A stretch of 26,558 nucleotides of DNA from Hydrurus foetidus. Its lineage: Eukaryota. Position 1 is the stretch's first letter. Every line of letters begins with the position of its first letter. The stretch is from assembly GCA_900617105.1 (NCBI GenBank), contig UYFQ01000340.1, forward strand, positions 62,001-88,558, in the 5' to 3' direction. Under the pieces are notes generated by a model. It searched no databases. It worked only from the letters and a program-made list of their open reading frames with translations, and was not told where the DNA came from. The position numbers and the translations under genes were made by a program. Shown piece after piece: positions 1 to 13,098 of the stretch.

Positions 1-112
1 TTATCTTATCTTATCTTATCTTATCTTATCTTATCTCATCTCATCTTATCTCATCTTATCTCATCTCATCTTATCTCATCTCATTTTATCTTACCTTACC
101 TTACCTTACCCT
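1..112. repeat. Intronic pentanucleotide microsatellite (TTATC)n grading into (TTACC)n
   Basis: Directly visible tandem repeat upstream of the acceptor at 217-218. Confidence 0.95.
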
Positions 113-218
113 ATTCCATATCTCCTACCCTATCCTCTCCTATGTCATTTCATTCCCCTACCCTATCCTACCATTTTTCAATTTAATATTCTGCAACAAA
201 TTCCTCAATTTGACCCAG

Positions 219-3200
219 ATTCTAGAGATGGAGATGGCGCTGAACGTGATGGACGATCTGCTCAAGGAACACTCAGCGCTCCCTCACTCCTCGCTAGACA
301 TCGCTGGACAAGTACGTGTGCAGTACTTAAGATACGCGCTGAAAGATTCTGTGCTGTTGAGAATTGCTGAAAATCTTCATAGAAGCCAGTTTTCATTTAG
401 ATACAGTTCGATATCAGCACTATACCAGCTTTCATAAGCTCGAAATGGAAGGGAATGATTGGGTTAGGGTGGTGTGTGTTGTGTGGTGTGGTGTGATGTG
501 TTGTATTCTAATATTTCGTTATTTTGGTTATTGACAGTGTAAGATTTTTAATTCCGTATATGTGCCATACTGATAATGATTTCAACAGTGTAGTATTTTT
601 GGTATTCCGTGGTGTTCCATGTCGATACTTTTGTAGCTTCTATGTTGCGAGGATTTATTTTATATAGCCACATCTCCATTTGTTTCTTTTTGATGTGATT
701 CTATTTTACTCTCCCTCCCTCGTAATCTCAATCTTCCATTTTGTTTTCTTTTTTAGGTGGAGAAATTAGAGCATACTTTAGAGTTGAGAGTACTGGACGA
801 AATGCTAGAGTTGGAATCAGAGAGACAAATGAAAATCATCCAGCAATTAGGTGGGATAGATATTTCATGTTATCGTTTAACAAGTCACTGCATAGTATAG
901 AGTAAAGAGCGGCGATTCAAACACTTTCGAAAACACTGATTCTACCTCGAACTCGTACATCTCAAGACCCCTCGTTTATTCCAGGTCCACGTTCAATCTG
1001 GACCCAACCCTATACACGACAATTAACTGTACCGCACTGCAACTGAAAACAGTACGGTACAATTAGTTGTCGTGTATAGGGGTGGGTGGATCCAGATTAA
1101 CCGTGGACCTGGAATAGAAGTAGAAGAGGAGCCTTGATCTGCAGTAAAATACATTATGCTAGCCCAATATCTAGTACTGCATGTATATCGTACATAGTTC
1201 CGAATAAACAGAAAGTACTGTTGTACGTTCCACATCGTGCGTGCTTCGTACACCTAATTACGTAAACGCAAATACGCACGATTTCTCTAATTGACACTAA
1301 AAAGGAACCTAACTTGTATCCGATGACACGAATGCACCACTAAATCGTCGTACTCTGTTACTATATTGTCCTACGCAGCGGAAGGGTATACCGTAGGCCG
1401 TAACGGTAACGGTAACGGTAAAAATGAAGAGGAGGCAAACGACCTGGTTGCAATAGATGTGAGTACTGTTCTGCTGATGAGTTGTATACCTGTATGAGTA
1501 TTTGTGCAAGTGTTTTGTTGAAACATCATTGTCCAGTTCTGTGATTTGTAAGTTCCTGCCTGCTGATTACACTCAACAGATGAACGATTTAAGACTTTTC
1601 AAGTACTTTGCAAGTACTTTGCAAGAGCTGCATAATCATTAATTATTATTTACGATTGATAATTTCTCATATTGAAATGTTTTTATTATACCACAGTTGA
1701 GGAACAATGAGGAAGAAGAGGAATTGATGAGAAGATTAGAAGGCGAAAGAGAAGGAAGACTGAGAGCAATGGTACGCACTTCTTCTCCCTCTCCCTTTCC
1801 TTCTCCTTCTTCTCCCTCTCCCTCTCCTTCTCCTTCTTCTCCCTCTCTCTGTTTTTCTGCTGTACTAACTCTCTCTTTTTCCTCTTTCTCTTCCTCTTTC
1901 TCTTCCTCTTTCTCTTCCTTTTTCATCTCCTACGTCATTTATTCCTAACAATTGTTCTGTTCCTAACAATTATTCTGATCCTGACGTTTTTTTGTTCCTA
2001 AGGATTCTGATGTTCCTAAGGATTGTTCTGTTCCGATTGATGACGTCATCAATGAGAACACACACGTACGTACGTTAGAATGCTTATTCAATGCAAAACA
2101 CAGTGTAATCAAAAGGTGCGTGGCGCTGTCCGCTGTGACGTCAGTAAAGGAACTTGAACTTCAACATCGCACGTACGTACTGGATCTTTTATTATCCGCC
2201 TTGAAAGAACAGAACACTCCTATTTTGTCCGTCAATTCAGCTGAATTAGCAGCAAATAATCTGAACACTTCTCAAATTGAGGATCGAAATTTCGGGCAAG
2301 AAAATCTCTCTGATTTGTCAGAGGAAAATATTGAAAATAAGATATTACAAAATATAGAAAAGTGTAAGAATGATATACTTTTATTATATGAAACGATTGA
2401 AAATGAAAATAAATTGGATGATAAAAATGAAGATGACTTACGCGGAATTTGGCTTCAGGATCCGTCAAAAATAAATGTTAATGAAGAACTAAAAAAACTA
2501 CAAGACGAATTTGATGAAAAATTCACTTCACTGGAGATGAAATACCTATCTTCTTCCAAGCAAATCAGAGAAAATTGCGAAAAAGAAAAAACAGTAAATG
2601 AAAGCAATAGAAGAAAATACGGAAAAGAAAATCTGTTCTACAACAGTCAATTGACAAAATATTTGGAAGAAAAATTAGATGAAATTACGGATTTGGACGA
2701 GTTTTCGTTATCAGAAGTAATACTACAAGAAAATAATTCTTCGAATATTTTATGCGAAAAAAATATTGAGTCAGATTATAATTTGTTCGTGAGTGAAAAA
2801 AAGGAGATTTCTCTGATCGTTAAATTAGCCCTATTTTGGAGCCCGGATATTGGTTTTAAAAATTTGCAAGATTTACTTCATCAGAAAATTGTTACAAGAA
2901 TGATTCATGATTCAGGTGAGAATTTGAAATGTTTTTTGATGTTACGTATTATTATATGATACGACATGATATGTAATATAATGTTATGTTATGTTATGTT
3001 ATGTTATGTTATGTTATAGTTATGTTATGTTATGCTACATTACATTATATTGTCTTATATTATCTTATATTATATTCTGTTCTATTATTTTACACACATC
3101 ACATAATCTCTATTTTGTTAATTGTTTTTCCAAGAAGATATTCATGTATCCAAACATTTAAACATTATCTAATTACATATTTTCACAGACGCTCAACTGC

Positions 3201-6200
3201 AATTGAATTTAAACGAACACGAAATCAATGCCGAACTAAATTTGATAAAAATAACAACAAATCTACGAAAAATGAATTCAAGTAAAGAAGAAATTGAAAA
3301 GATAATTTCGAATACAAAAAAAATTGATCAACAAAAAATTGAATTTTTGAAATCAAATTCTGCAAAAGAATTTTCGAAAATTTTACAGACGGTAATTGCG
3401 AGACAAAATGCAGCTGCCACAGATTACGAAAAAGAGAGATCATCCGAGATTGTAGAAAATACGAAAAGAAGCACTTTGTTTCAATTTCGAACACAAATTT
3501 CTTTTTTTATTTTGAAGAAAAGTATTCGTGGAACATATCTTGAAAAACGAAAAAACAGTGAGATCAATTTGGAAAATGTTGAAAATAAATTGTTTGAATT
3601 AGAAATAATTGAGGCAGAGTATTATCAAGAAATTCATAATCTACAAATTATTTATTCTTCATTTCAAAACAATTATTCGATTTTTTCTCATTTTTTGAGA
3701 GAGATGATATACGGAATAAACCCTTCTTTTTCGTATACGAAAGAAATCGCTTTTCACGGTTTTACAGAAGTTACCGAATACTCTTTAGCATCTGTAACGA
3801 TTGAATTTTTGAATAAAAAGTTTACACGAAAATTACTCGAAATAAACTCGCATAAACTGTTCGAGAAAAATCGTTTATTGATATATGGAAGACCAGAAAC
3901 GGATTTGAAATATATTTATACGGAAATTGATGAGAGATTTAATTCTGATATCAAATTTTTACAGTCTTGTTATCACGAAGACAAAGAATCGATCAATTCT
4001 TTGTATTTGTCACTGTATACAGAATGTAATAACAATCAAATTGTTTATGAAATGGAGAACTTAAAAATAAATTGTAGCATATCAAACATGATTAATGAAA
4101 TAACATCAAAATATGAGGACGACAAAAGTTTAATTTTGGGAGGAAATTGTGATGAGAAAAATTTGAAGGTATTTTGAACTTCGAATAATTTTGTTTTATC
4201 TTCTATGCAGTTGCTTAATTTATTTCAATTCTATTTTTCAGTGAAGTGCATCTTTTTCATTTTTCTACTGGAATTCAATCGAGTGAATTGGTATTTTAAG
4301 TATTAATCATTATCATTCACGCACACTAATTGAAGTACACTGATTGTTTGTGTTACGTACATGACAGATGTGAGACTTGTCCAGATGTCAATCTTTACTT
4401 TTTACTTCTAAAGCTTTTTTAAACTTTGGACTTGTTCTTGCATTAATTATTTCAACTTTTACTCAGTAACTATTTCTTATTTAAATGAACCTGTCACATT
4501 CACCTCTTTAGGTTTCTCCACATTCCAATTCTCCAGGGCTCAATAAATCTAAATCATTTTTTTTTTCTTTTCCATTTTGCAGATACAGGAACTAGACAGA
4601 TCATTTGTCCGATCAATTATCAGCCACACACACACAGCACACACACAATTATACGAGTCATATAAAAGATTTGCATCCCTAAAGGTCCAGAATCAACGGT
4701 CCGAGGTCCACCTTAGAGATTTACTGAAGAGCAATAAAATGACGGATGAATATATAACAAATAATTCTGAGTCATGGAGGTACGTGCGTACGCACGTCTA
4801 CGTATATTATTTACTTTCCCACTATTTTATATTTACTTATATCCGAAATTGTATTGGTTACAGAAATGCATTATAATAGGCTTATTTTTAATGAATTTAC
4901 CCTCAGAAGATAATTTCATAATTATATCTGATCAGTCGTTAAATGAAAACAATAATTGTACTTCATAATTGTTTGTACTGGATTTCGTGACTTTCCTTGT
5001 CTTTTTCAGAATTTTTCAAAATGATTTGAACAGCTTCCTCGATTATTTTTTATGAAAGGCGATTTCGATTTGAAGAGTTACTGACAGCTCAAATAAAAAG
5101 AAAAAAAGAAGAAAAGGTATGAGTATGGCATTGGAATTAAGAATTAAATAAAATCAGATAACTTCGTATTGTTTAAATTAATTGAAACTATTTTTCCTCT
5201 TACAGTCCTATTCTCATTACATTTTTTATTTTATTTTATTTTATTTTTGTTATTATTTTCGTTATTATCTAATATTCCATAGACTAATTTGCAAACAATT
5301 TTTAACAACACTCATCAGGTATTTCGAAATAATTTCGAAAACTTGTTGAATGGAATTGAAGACCAATTAAACAAAAAAGAAGAGGAAGAAATAATTTCAA
5401 TGAAAGAAAAACTTTTCATCGGAAGAATTGCACGAGAAAAGGAATTGGTAAGGATTGAAAAAATATTTTTACATCAGAATAAATAATACGTATTGAGATA
5501 ATTTTATTGCAATCTCCTGATGAATATTATTTTGAAGTCAAATTTTATTTTTATTTTTGTTTTCTTGTCAATTATATTCCACCATTAATCTTTTTTCATT
5601 TCATCTTTGTTGTCATTTTGTTTTGAGACAAATGGAGGATCGTGTTTAATTGCTGATCCACTTTTAATCTGGATCGAACCCTATACACGACAACTCACAC
5701 ATATAATCTGTATCGTACGTTACCAGTTCTCAGTACGGTACAGAAAGTGTGTGTGAATTGTCGTGTATAGGGGTGGGTCCAGATTAAACGTGGATCAGCA
5801 ATTAAACACGATCCTTAGTTTATCTCAAACTATTGTAGAGAGTCTAACTAATGTCATCAAATTGTCGGTTATAGACGTTAGCTGGATCCACTGTCCAAGA
5901 AGCAAACCGTATAGCAGAAGAGGAAAAAGCAGCAAAAGAAATGAACGAAACATCAAACATTCGGGCTAAGGTAAATAAACGACACGTATTGTTGATCGTT
6001 ATATACTTTAACATTAATCAATGGAAGTACCTTTAGTATGACTGGTTATATTATATTAAAAATCTACAATGTAATATATTATGAATTGTAACGAATGACT
6101 ATGTTGTCTACAACACATACATACATCCCGCATCCTCATCTTACTCATAGAAATTATTTAAATATTTTAAATTGTGAAGTCAATTTTCATCTGAAAATTT

Positions 6201-9200
6201 GTTAAACATTGTTGGTAACACTAGTCAATTTATCTCTCTGAAACGACAGTTCGAAATGGAATTATTACAAAGCTTAAAAGACTTGGAAGAAAAACAAGAA
6301 AAAGACACACTCGATTTGAAGGAATCATTAGAGCGCAGCAGCGCGATCCTAGAGAGGGGTAGGAGTGAGGAGAGAGATTCTACGTTGAAAGGTGTAGAGA
6401 AATACTGTCATGAAAGGAGAGAAAGTAGGAAGAAAGATTTATTAAATGAAGGAATTAGCGAAAGAGATGCGATAGAAATGGTTGATGGGGAGTATGGAGA
6501 GAAAGATGTTCTGTTGCTGCATGAGTGTGAGGACAGAGTGAAGAGTGAAGAGGACAGAATAGATGTTGAACTCGATAATTTACTGTTAAATTCCATGATT
6601 GAGATCCAGGATCTCCATGCGAGTAATGTTGCACTAATTCCTCATACATTGCTACTAGAATCCGTGAAAAAAATCGACTCACTCATAGCGGAATTGAGAG
6701 AAAAAGAAAAGGAAAAAATTGAGGAATTGTGCGATGGTGGAATGGACATGAAAGATGCCACTGCACAAGCAAATGAAGAGTATGAAAAAAATCTACTTTT
6801 AGGTAAATTAGTGATAGAAAACTAATGAATGAGAGGGACATTGAGATGAAAGAATATGTAAGATTAAAAATGGAGTCCGATTTATACAATTTGAAAAATA
6901 CAGAACAACATGCACGAAATATTTTATCAGACGGATTTCTAAATCATAAAATAAGAAATGAAGAAAGATTGAAAATAGCACTTGAGAAAAAAAGGTTACA
7001 GAGAAAAACTGATTTAATACAAGGTGGAGAATCTGAATTAGCAGCAAATAAAATTGTTGATATTGAGTTTGAAAAAGACATGGTAGAATCAAATGAAAAA
7101 TTAGAATACGAAATAAAAACTGCTATTGATATGATACAAGAATGTAATGATAATAATTATGATAAAAAATTATCGGAAATAAAATTAAACGGAATTAAAG
7201 CAATTGACGGATTTGAAAATTATTTAAAATGCAAACAAAAAGAATCGAAAAAAAAGTTAACAGAAAGATTTAACAAGAAAAAAATTCAACGTGAAAAACA
7301 ATTGTTAGCATCTGGGTATTCTGATAAGGAATGTTCTTTAATGGCAGAATCAGAATATGGAGAATTTTCTTCTGACGTGTTAGGAAAAACGTTAGAATTA
7401 CAAACAGAACTTGAAAATGAAAAAGTGGCAATACTTAAAAAATCAAAAGAGGAATTAATGAAGAATGACATGATCGGTAACCTCAGTGCAGAAGAAAGAA
7501 TGGAAAAAGAAGATGATGAGCATTTCTCTCTTTTAGATGATTTGACTGAAAAAGAAAGAATTATGATGAAAAATCAAAAAAATACCTCACTTGCAATTTT
7601 TGAAATTTCTCAAGGCGTTTCCAGAATTGCGGAAATGACAGGAAAAGACATTTTGGAGCTACGTAGCGCACAGCAAAAAGAATTGAACGATTTAGAGGAC
7701 ATTTATTTATCCAGAAAACAAAATGGAGAAGAAATGCATCGAGATAGAATACGCCTAAACTCGGAAGAAAAAGGAAAAGAAAAAGAAAAAGAAAAAGAAT
7801 TAATTTCGTTAGGAATGAGTGAAGAAAATGCGCGAAAAAAAGCGAAAGAAGAAGAGACCTTGGCCCTAAGTCTGGAATTTGAAAAATTACAGTCTGATTT
7901 ACAGGCAGAATTTGAGGTAAGAAACTATCCAGGAATTTGACTATTTGCATCGAATTTCTTTCATGGAAAAGATTTACTTTTTGATTGCATTTGATTGTCT
8001 GCACAACATGCCTCAAAATGTAATGAGAAATAGTATGAAATTGTGAAGAACGAAAGCAATAATGCATTGCACGATTAATAAAAATCAATTATTTTTAAAA
8101 TCAATTATTTTGCTTTTTTTCTTAGGATGCAGCAGAGCAGGTTCAAAATCGTCTTAGAATAGCGGAGCGCGATTCTATTGAAAAAGAACACATCAGAGCA
8201 ATGGAATTATTAAAATCATCAGCGGAGGAGAAAGATAAAGCACAGAACGATTTAATGAAAATGAAAAAAGAAAAAGAAATGGAGTCGAAAGAATTTGAAG
8301 AGGTTAGATTGGAAAATTTATTTTTTTATTGAAACTACAAGTTTACCACATTACATGTTTATTGACATTATTTTATGGAGTTACGAATAGTTCATATTTC
8401 ACTCACATAAAAATGACATTCATTTGCCGTCAAAAGTTTCTTGAAATCTGATATACTATACAAGTGTAATCACTTCATTGATTATTAGGACATCTGATAT
8501 CCTACACACCAATTCTAACGCTATAAAATTCAATATCCTTTGTTAGGATATGACACGATTGAGAGAAGAACAAGAAGAAAAACTACGCAAAAGATTGGCG
8601 GAAAAAAGAAGTAAAAAAATGGCAGAATTAGAACAAGAAAATGTGAGTCAAATAGAAAGACTGAATATGTTGGATATACTAGAAGAGGAAGAAAAAAATA
8701 GTACGGCATTAATGAGGACTGAAAATTATGAAAATGAAAAAAAGGCCAGAAATGAATTGAAAATGAGAATTGAGAAAGATTTGGCGTATGCTCTTGAAAC
8801 GTCTTTAAAGGCTCAAATGGACGCAGCTGCTGCATTCTCACGAGAACAAGTATTATCTGACACGAAAGATGCCATGAATATTTTAGAATTGGAAAGAAAT
8901 CAAACTGAAGTTCAAAAAATGAAAAATAAACATTTAAAATACGAAAAAGAAACAAATGACAATCTGACAAATAATCAAATTCTTGGAAAGGGAAAATTAC
9001 AAGATAGATTAGCAGCTAAAAAATTGAAAAAAGAAGCTGAATTGAAAGATATTGAATTGAAAGAATTAAACGGTTTAAAAGAAAAACAAGGTAAAGATGA
9101 AATAGAAAGAGAAAATTTCAAATCGTCAAAATTGATATGGTTTAATAAACTCGTAAAAACCGTGAAAAAAGCAGAAGATGATAATTACGGATTATCAGAG

Positions 9201-11764
9201 ACTGAAGATTATTGTTTTCGAGAAATTCTGGATCAAAATTTAGTACCAACATCTCAATTATCCGAAGCAGTAGAAATAATAAAAAGAAAGAAACACGTAT
9301 TTGAAATGTCTAATTTACTAACAAATCATTTGAACGTACGATTATCTACAATTAAAGAATCCGTACGTACAGTATTGGATGATAAAGCTAAGGCAAGAAT
9401 GGAATTGATGACGAAAATGAAAAATGAAAATATTGATAATGAAAATTCTGAATTATTGCTGTTACGATTTGAAGAGCATTTCAGTAACTTACAAAATGTA
9501 GCGGAGAGTGATGCGATCAAGTCTATCACTGCTGTGCAAACTAAGGAGCAAATATCACTAAAACAACAACAATTTGAGGAGATTGAAAGTATCGTACGTA
9601 TGTATGCACGTACTGATATTGCAGCCGAAGTACACAATAATAACAAGAAAGATCAAATAAAAGAAATAACAGAATACGAATTAAAATTGATTGAAGAAAA
9701 GAGAATCCGTGAAGAATTATCAGTAACGGAAAGAAATTTAACGGAAAAAAAATTACGATCTGAGATGGCATTGAAGATGCAGAAATTAAAAGAAAATTTA
9801 ATTTCCGAACAGAATAATGCAGAAAAAGAATTTGATGACAAGAAAAAAGAATTAATGAAACAAAGAGAAGAATTGGAATCAAAACAAATAAATGAAAAAG
9901 AATTATTAAATAAACAAGAAAAAGATCGCATCTTATCAGAATTTGAAAAAGAAAAAAAACATTCACTTGAACTACTTGAAAATTCAAAAAGAAATCAAAA
10001 AATAAAATTAACTGATAGATTGGCAGCAAAAAGAAAAAGTAAAAATGTTGTTTCAATTAGTATTCCAGTAATTGAAAATGAGAAAAAAAGTCATTCGTCG
10101 TTATTATCGGGTGAAAAAATGGGAAAATTAAAAAGAAGAGGAAGTTCAAACCAATTTTCAGAATCGATGTTAAATATGTCAACTGCACGACTAAATGTAG
10201 ATTTCAATTTATCGCAATCCCCCACACCATCTCTATCTAAATCACGCGCTCAAATAACACGTGATTCTTCTTCGTCTTCAACGCTGCAAAATTACATAAA
10301 TACAAATAATAATAATAATAATAATAATAACATCAATACACATAAGGCAATGAAGCTGATAGAAAGCAAATTGGAAAATATCGAAAGAATGATCGTGGCA
10401 ATAGAAATTAAAGCCGAACAAATAAACCTTCCTATTAAAACTCCACCTCTTCTTTCTCTACCTCTCTCTTCTCCTCTTTCTCCACCTGTTACCGAAGAAA
10501 ATCTTATCGGCAATAGCGCACCTACAACATCAACTTCAAGATACCGGGACACATCAGAACCATCAGCCGGTAAATCCGTTAAAATACTACCGGATTCGGC
10601 CATATCCGGCCAAGATAAGGCCCGGTTAGAATTTGGATATAAATTAGCGAGTATGGTTGGACTGACGGATATCAGACTGAGGGCAGCTACAGAATTGCCT
10701 ACTTCTTTAGTAGAGAATAATACCTTTTCAAATAGCTATCATTATCTGAGCGATGAGAATGTTTTGTTGTTGCACACGGACAGACTGACATCTTCTGGCG
10801 ATATGGGATTGGTTTTACTGCATGCGTTCTCGCATATAAAGGTCAGTCACGTCTTATTTTGTTGTTTATAATTTCGTGTTTTGTATTAAATTGTGTTACA
10901 GATATTATAGTTGTAAAATTTGCTATTTTCTATTTCCTATTTAGATATTGTTATGATTGATACAAACCGAATTGAAATGATTGTCATCGACATTATAGCA
11001 ATTCAAACTTCTAATATTCAAATTATCACACTTTCTATTTTCATTTTTACTTTTTATTCTAGTTTTCACTTTTATTGCTTTTATCTTTTTTGAATTCTAA
11101 AGGAAAAAAATTCTTACTTTCTTTCAAAACCTTCAATGCATTTTAGATAGATACTTGGGGAATATAATATTACAAAACTTTCTGCTATGTTCTAAGTGCC
11201 ATTTAAAGTCAATTAAATACCAAATGACACGACTGTTGTACTAAATCCCTTTAGGTCAATCCCTTGGATTTGTCAAATGACAATGACCCAAAATTCATGG
11301 CACAATTTTTCGGAAATATTAAAATTTTATCACAAGATTTATTTCAAACTTCAGCATCAAATAAAAAATCAAAAGAAAATTTATTTTCGTCTATGCTAAA
11401 CAAAAATGATGGTTCAAAGGATATGGGAAGTGAAAGAGGAATACTATCAAATGAAGTAAAATCATTTGATAAATCATCCGGCAAAGCAAACATCGAAAGA
11501 GAAGAATCAATAAATGATACAAAAACAAAAAAAGTGGAAAATTCAATACAAGTAGCGAAAAAAAGCGAAAAATTCGAGAAGGAAAATGAACTTGACAAAG
11601 AAATAATAAAAGAAAAAGATTACTTTTCATTAGAAAGCATTCATGACAGATTGAGAATTTACGCGAAAGAAGGCGGTGTGCCGCTTGATTTGGTAGACCG
11701 ATATTCAGAGCACAGAAATATGAAAAATGAAAACGGTTTGGCAGGAAAGGAGATAGGAGAGTGA
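219..11764 (+). CDS. Giant coiled-coil protein (5'-partial, about 2,530 codons in window) with 96-aa helical repeats and a C-terminal zincin-like HxxxH domain; function unknown
   Basis: GT-AG exons at 219-462, 757-850, 1379-1458, 1697-1771, 2003-2915, 3189-4168, 4583-4779, 5010-5116, 5283-5447, 5875-5970, 6250-7916, 8126-8302, 8547-10841 and 11255-11764 (TGA). Phases are consistent once three 1-nt homopolymer indels (~431, ~5048, ~6820) are corrected. The sequence is E/K/L-rich and heptad-like. The C-terminal globular segment reads NNTFSNSYHY...LLLHTDRL...GDMGLVLLHAFSHIK|VNPLDLSNDNDPKF. Confidence 0.85.
958..1141. mobile_element. Foldback/MITE-like palindromic element, copy 1 (intronic)
   Basis: Arms tattccaggtccacg..aatctgga..ccctatacacgacaa..tgtaccg and cggtaca..ttgtcgtgtatagg..tccagatt..cgtggacctggaata are reverse complements around a tiny loop. 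Homologous to copies at 5622-5829 and 20474-20660. Confidence 0.8.
1781..1925. repeat. Intronic CT-rich low-complexity repeat ((CTCCTT)n / (TTCTCTTCCTCT)n)
   Basis: Directly visible; follows the donor at 1772 and explains the spurious ORFs 1639-1926 (-) and the tail of 1697-1948 (+). Confidence 0.9.
1942..2034. repeat. 18-bp minisatellite (TTCCTAA(C/G)(A/G)ATTGTTCTG-like, about 5 units) spanning an intron/exon junction
   Basis: Units start at 1942, 1960, 1978, 1995 and 2013. Confidence 0.8.
2955..3075. repeat. Intronic (ATGTT)n / (ATATT)n microsatellite
   Basis: Directly visible. Confidence 0.9.
5622..5829. mobile_element. Foldback/MITE-like palindromic element, copy 2 (intronic, divergent outer arms)
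   Basis: aggatcgtgtttaattgctgatccac (5636-5661) is the exact reverse complement of gtggatcagcaattaaacacgatcct (5790-5815). The inner blocks aatctgga..ccctatacacgacaa and cagtacggtaca are shared with copies 1 and 3. Confidence 0.8.
10305..10331 (+). repeat. Coding (AAT)n repeat encoding poly-Asn
   Basis: aataataat... in frame, inside the Ser/Pro-rich linker before the C-terminal domain. Confidence 0.9.
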
Positions 11765-13098
11765 TCAGAGATGAGAGGGTGATGAGGGTTTTCTCAATGT
11801 ATTGTCGAATTCAAAACAAAACAGCACTTTTCAGGATTTTTTTGAAGCGTATTTAACCAATTTAGGATCAGAATCGTTGTTCTCTGCGGTCATTTTTGTG
11901 GACCATAGAATAGTATTGCTGTTTAGCTGTGACTTCAACAATACGCGTGTAGAGCATAGCAGAGTTAAAAGGGAGTATTGGATGCAATTTCGTTTTTGTG
12001 TATTTGTATTTGTACTTCACAGACGAAATGTACGACATACAAATATGTACTGTGATGCCTTACATTCAAATAATTGTATCTTGTATCTTGTATGTGATTT
12101 GACTGACATTCGATTTATTTTTTATTATCAACGTGAGTGTTGTACCTAATATCATTAAAAGTTGAAAAATATTGTGTAATTTATTTCACATTGTGTATTT
12201 TGATAATGACTGTCACAGCACAGTGTCTGTGGATAAGTGATGAAGTAACGAAGTAATTGAAATGTGTTGTTCTTATTCTATCAGTGTGCAATAGTATTAT
12301 CACATATGTATGATTCATAGAAGTGAACAGATCATTGAGCACTGTTTTATTCTATATTGTCAAACTATATAATCGCTTTTCGCTTTTTCTGTCTTCGAAA
12401 CTTGGCAATTTTATGATGAGCAGTAAGTTCGTAAATTCTGTTCAAAAGAAGCGTCCGTTACAACAGACGGTTTCCGTCGCATTCCTACAGAACAACAGAT
12501 AAAATGCAGTGTGCAAGAGCAAAGCACGAAGTCGTTATCGAGTCAACTGGAGGAAGGAATCACATTGCAGCATGTAGACCGACAGAATTCCACAACTCAG
12601 TACCGATAGGGCGGGTCACTTTAAGATCTCTTCAGATTGTTAGATGAAAAGCAAGAAGAGATTGAACATCAATACCAAGTACTGAAGTTTAACCCAAGAA
12701 GTTCTTGGTGCTTACCACCCCCTAAAAGATTCAGTAATCTCAAAAAACGGAAATGGAAATCCCATGAATTTCACTTCGTTCCCACCTCAACTTGGTATAA
12801 TATCTCTACACACCATCACAGAAATAACACTGCAGCAAGATAGGGAATCATTTCAATCAAAATCTGAGTCGGCCATTATTCTCGCCGTAGTTTCTTTGCT
12901 ACAGTGCAGTGCTTTATTGATAACTCAATCGACATTGTAATTTAAGCGATTTTCCTGAAAAAGTGCTACTTTTTGAAGCATTTAGTTGCAATTCTTGAAA
13001 CAACGAGGGACTCTTGCTTGGAGCTTTTTGCCAAATTGGGCAAAGCATACTATCTGCTGAGGATATCTGCAGCAATCTCCAAGCAGAATAGTCTCTAA

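Noticed and set aside
4782..4797. 16-bp perfect palindrome ACGTGCGTACGCACGT next to a splice donor
   Set aside because: ACGT/TACGTA words are common throughout this sequence; a single instance is uninformative.
435..6825. Stop-codon reassignment or Euplotes-like +1 frameshifting to explain in-exon stops
   Set aside because: Reading through the stops does not restore splice phase, the shifts go in both directions, and TAA/TGA terminate genes normally.
12414..13098. Short ORF 12637-12843 and stop-interrupted frames upstream of the transposase
   Set aside because: No recognisable motif and no consistent splice path into the transposase; may be degraded coding DNA but cannot be supported.
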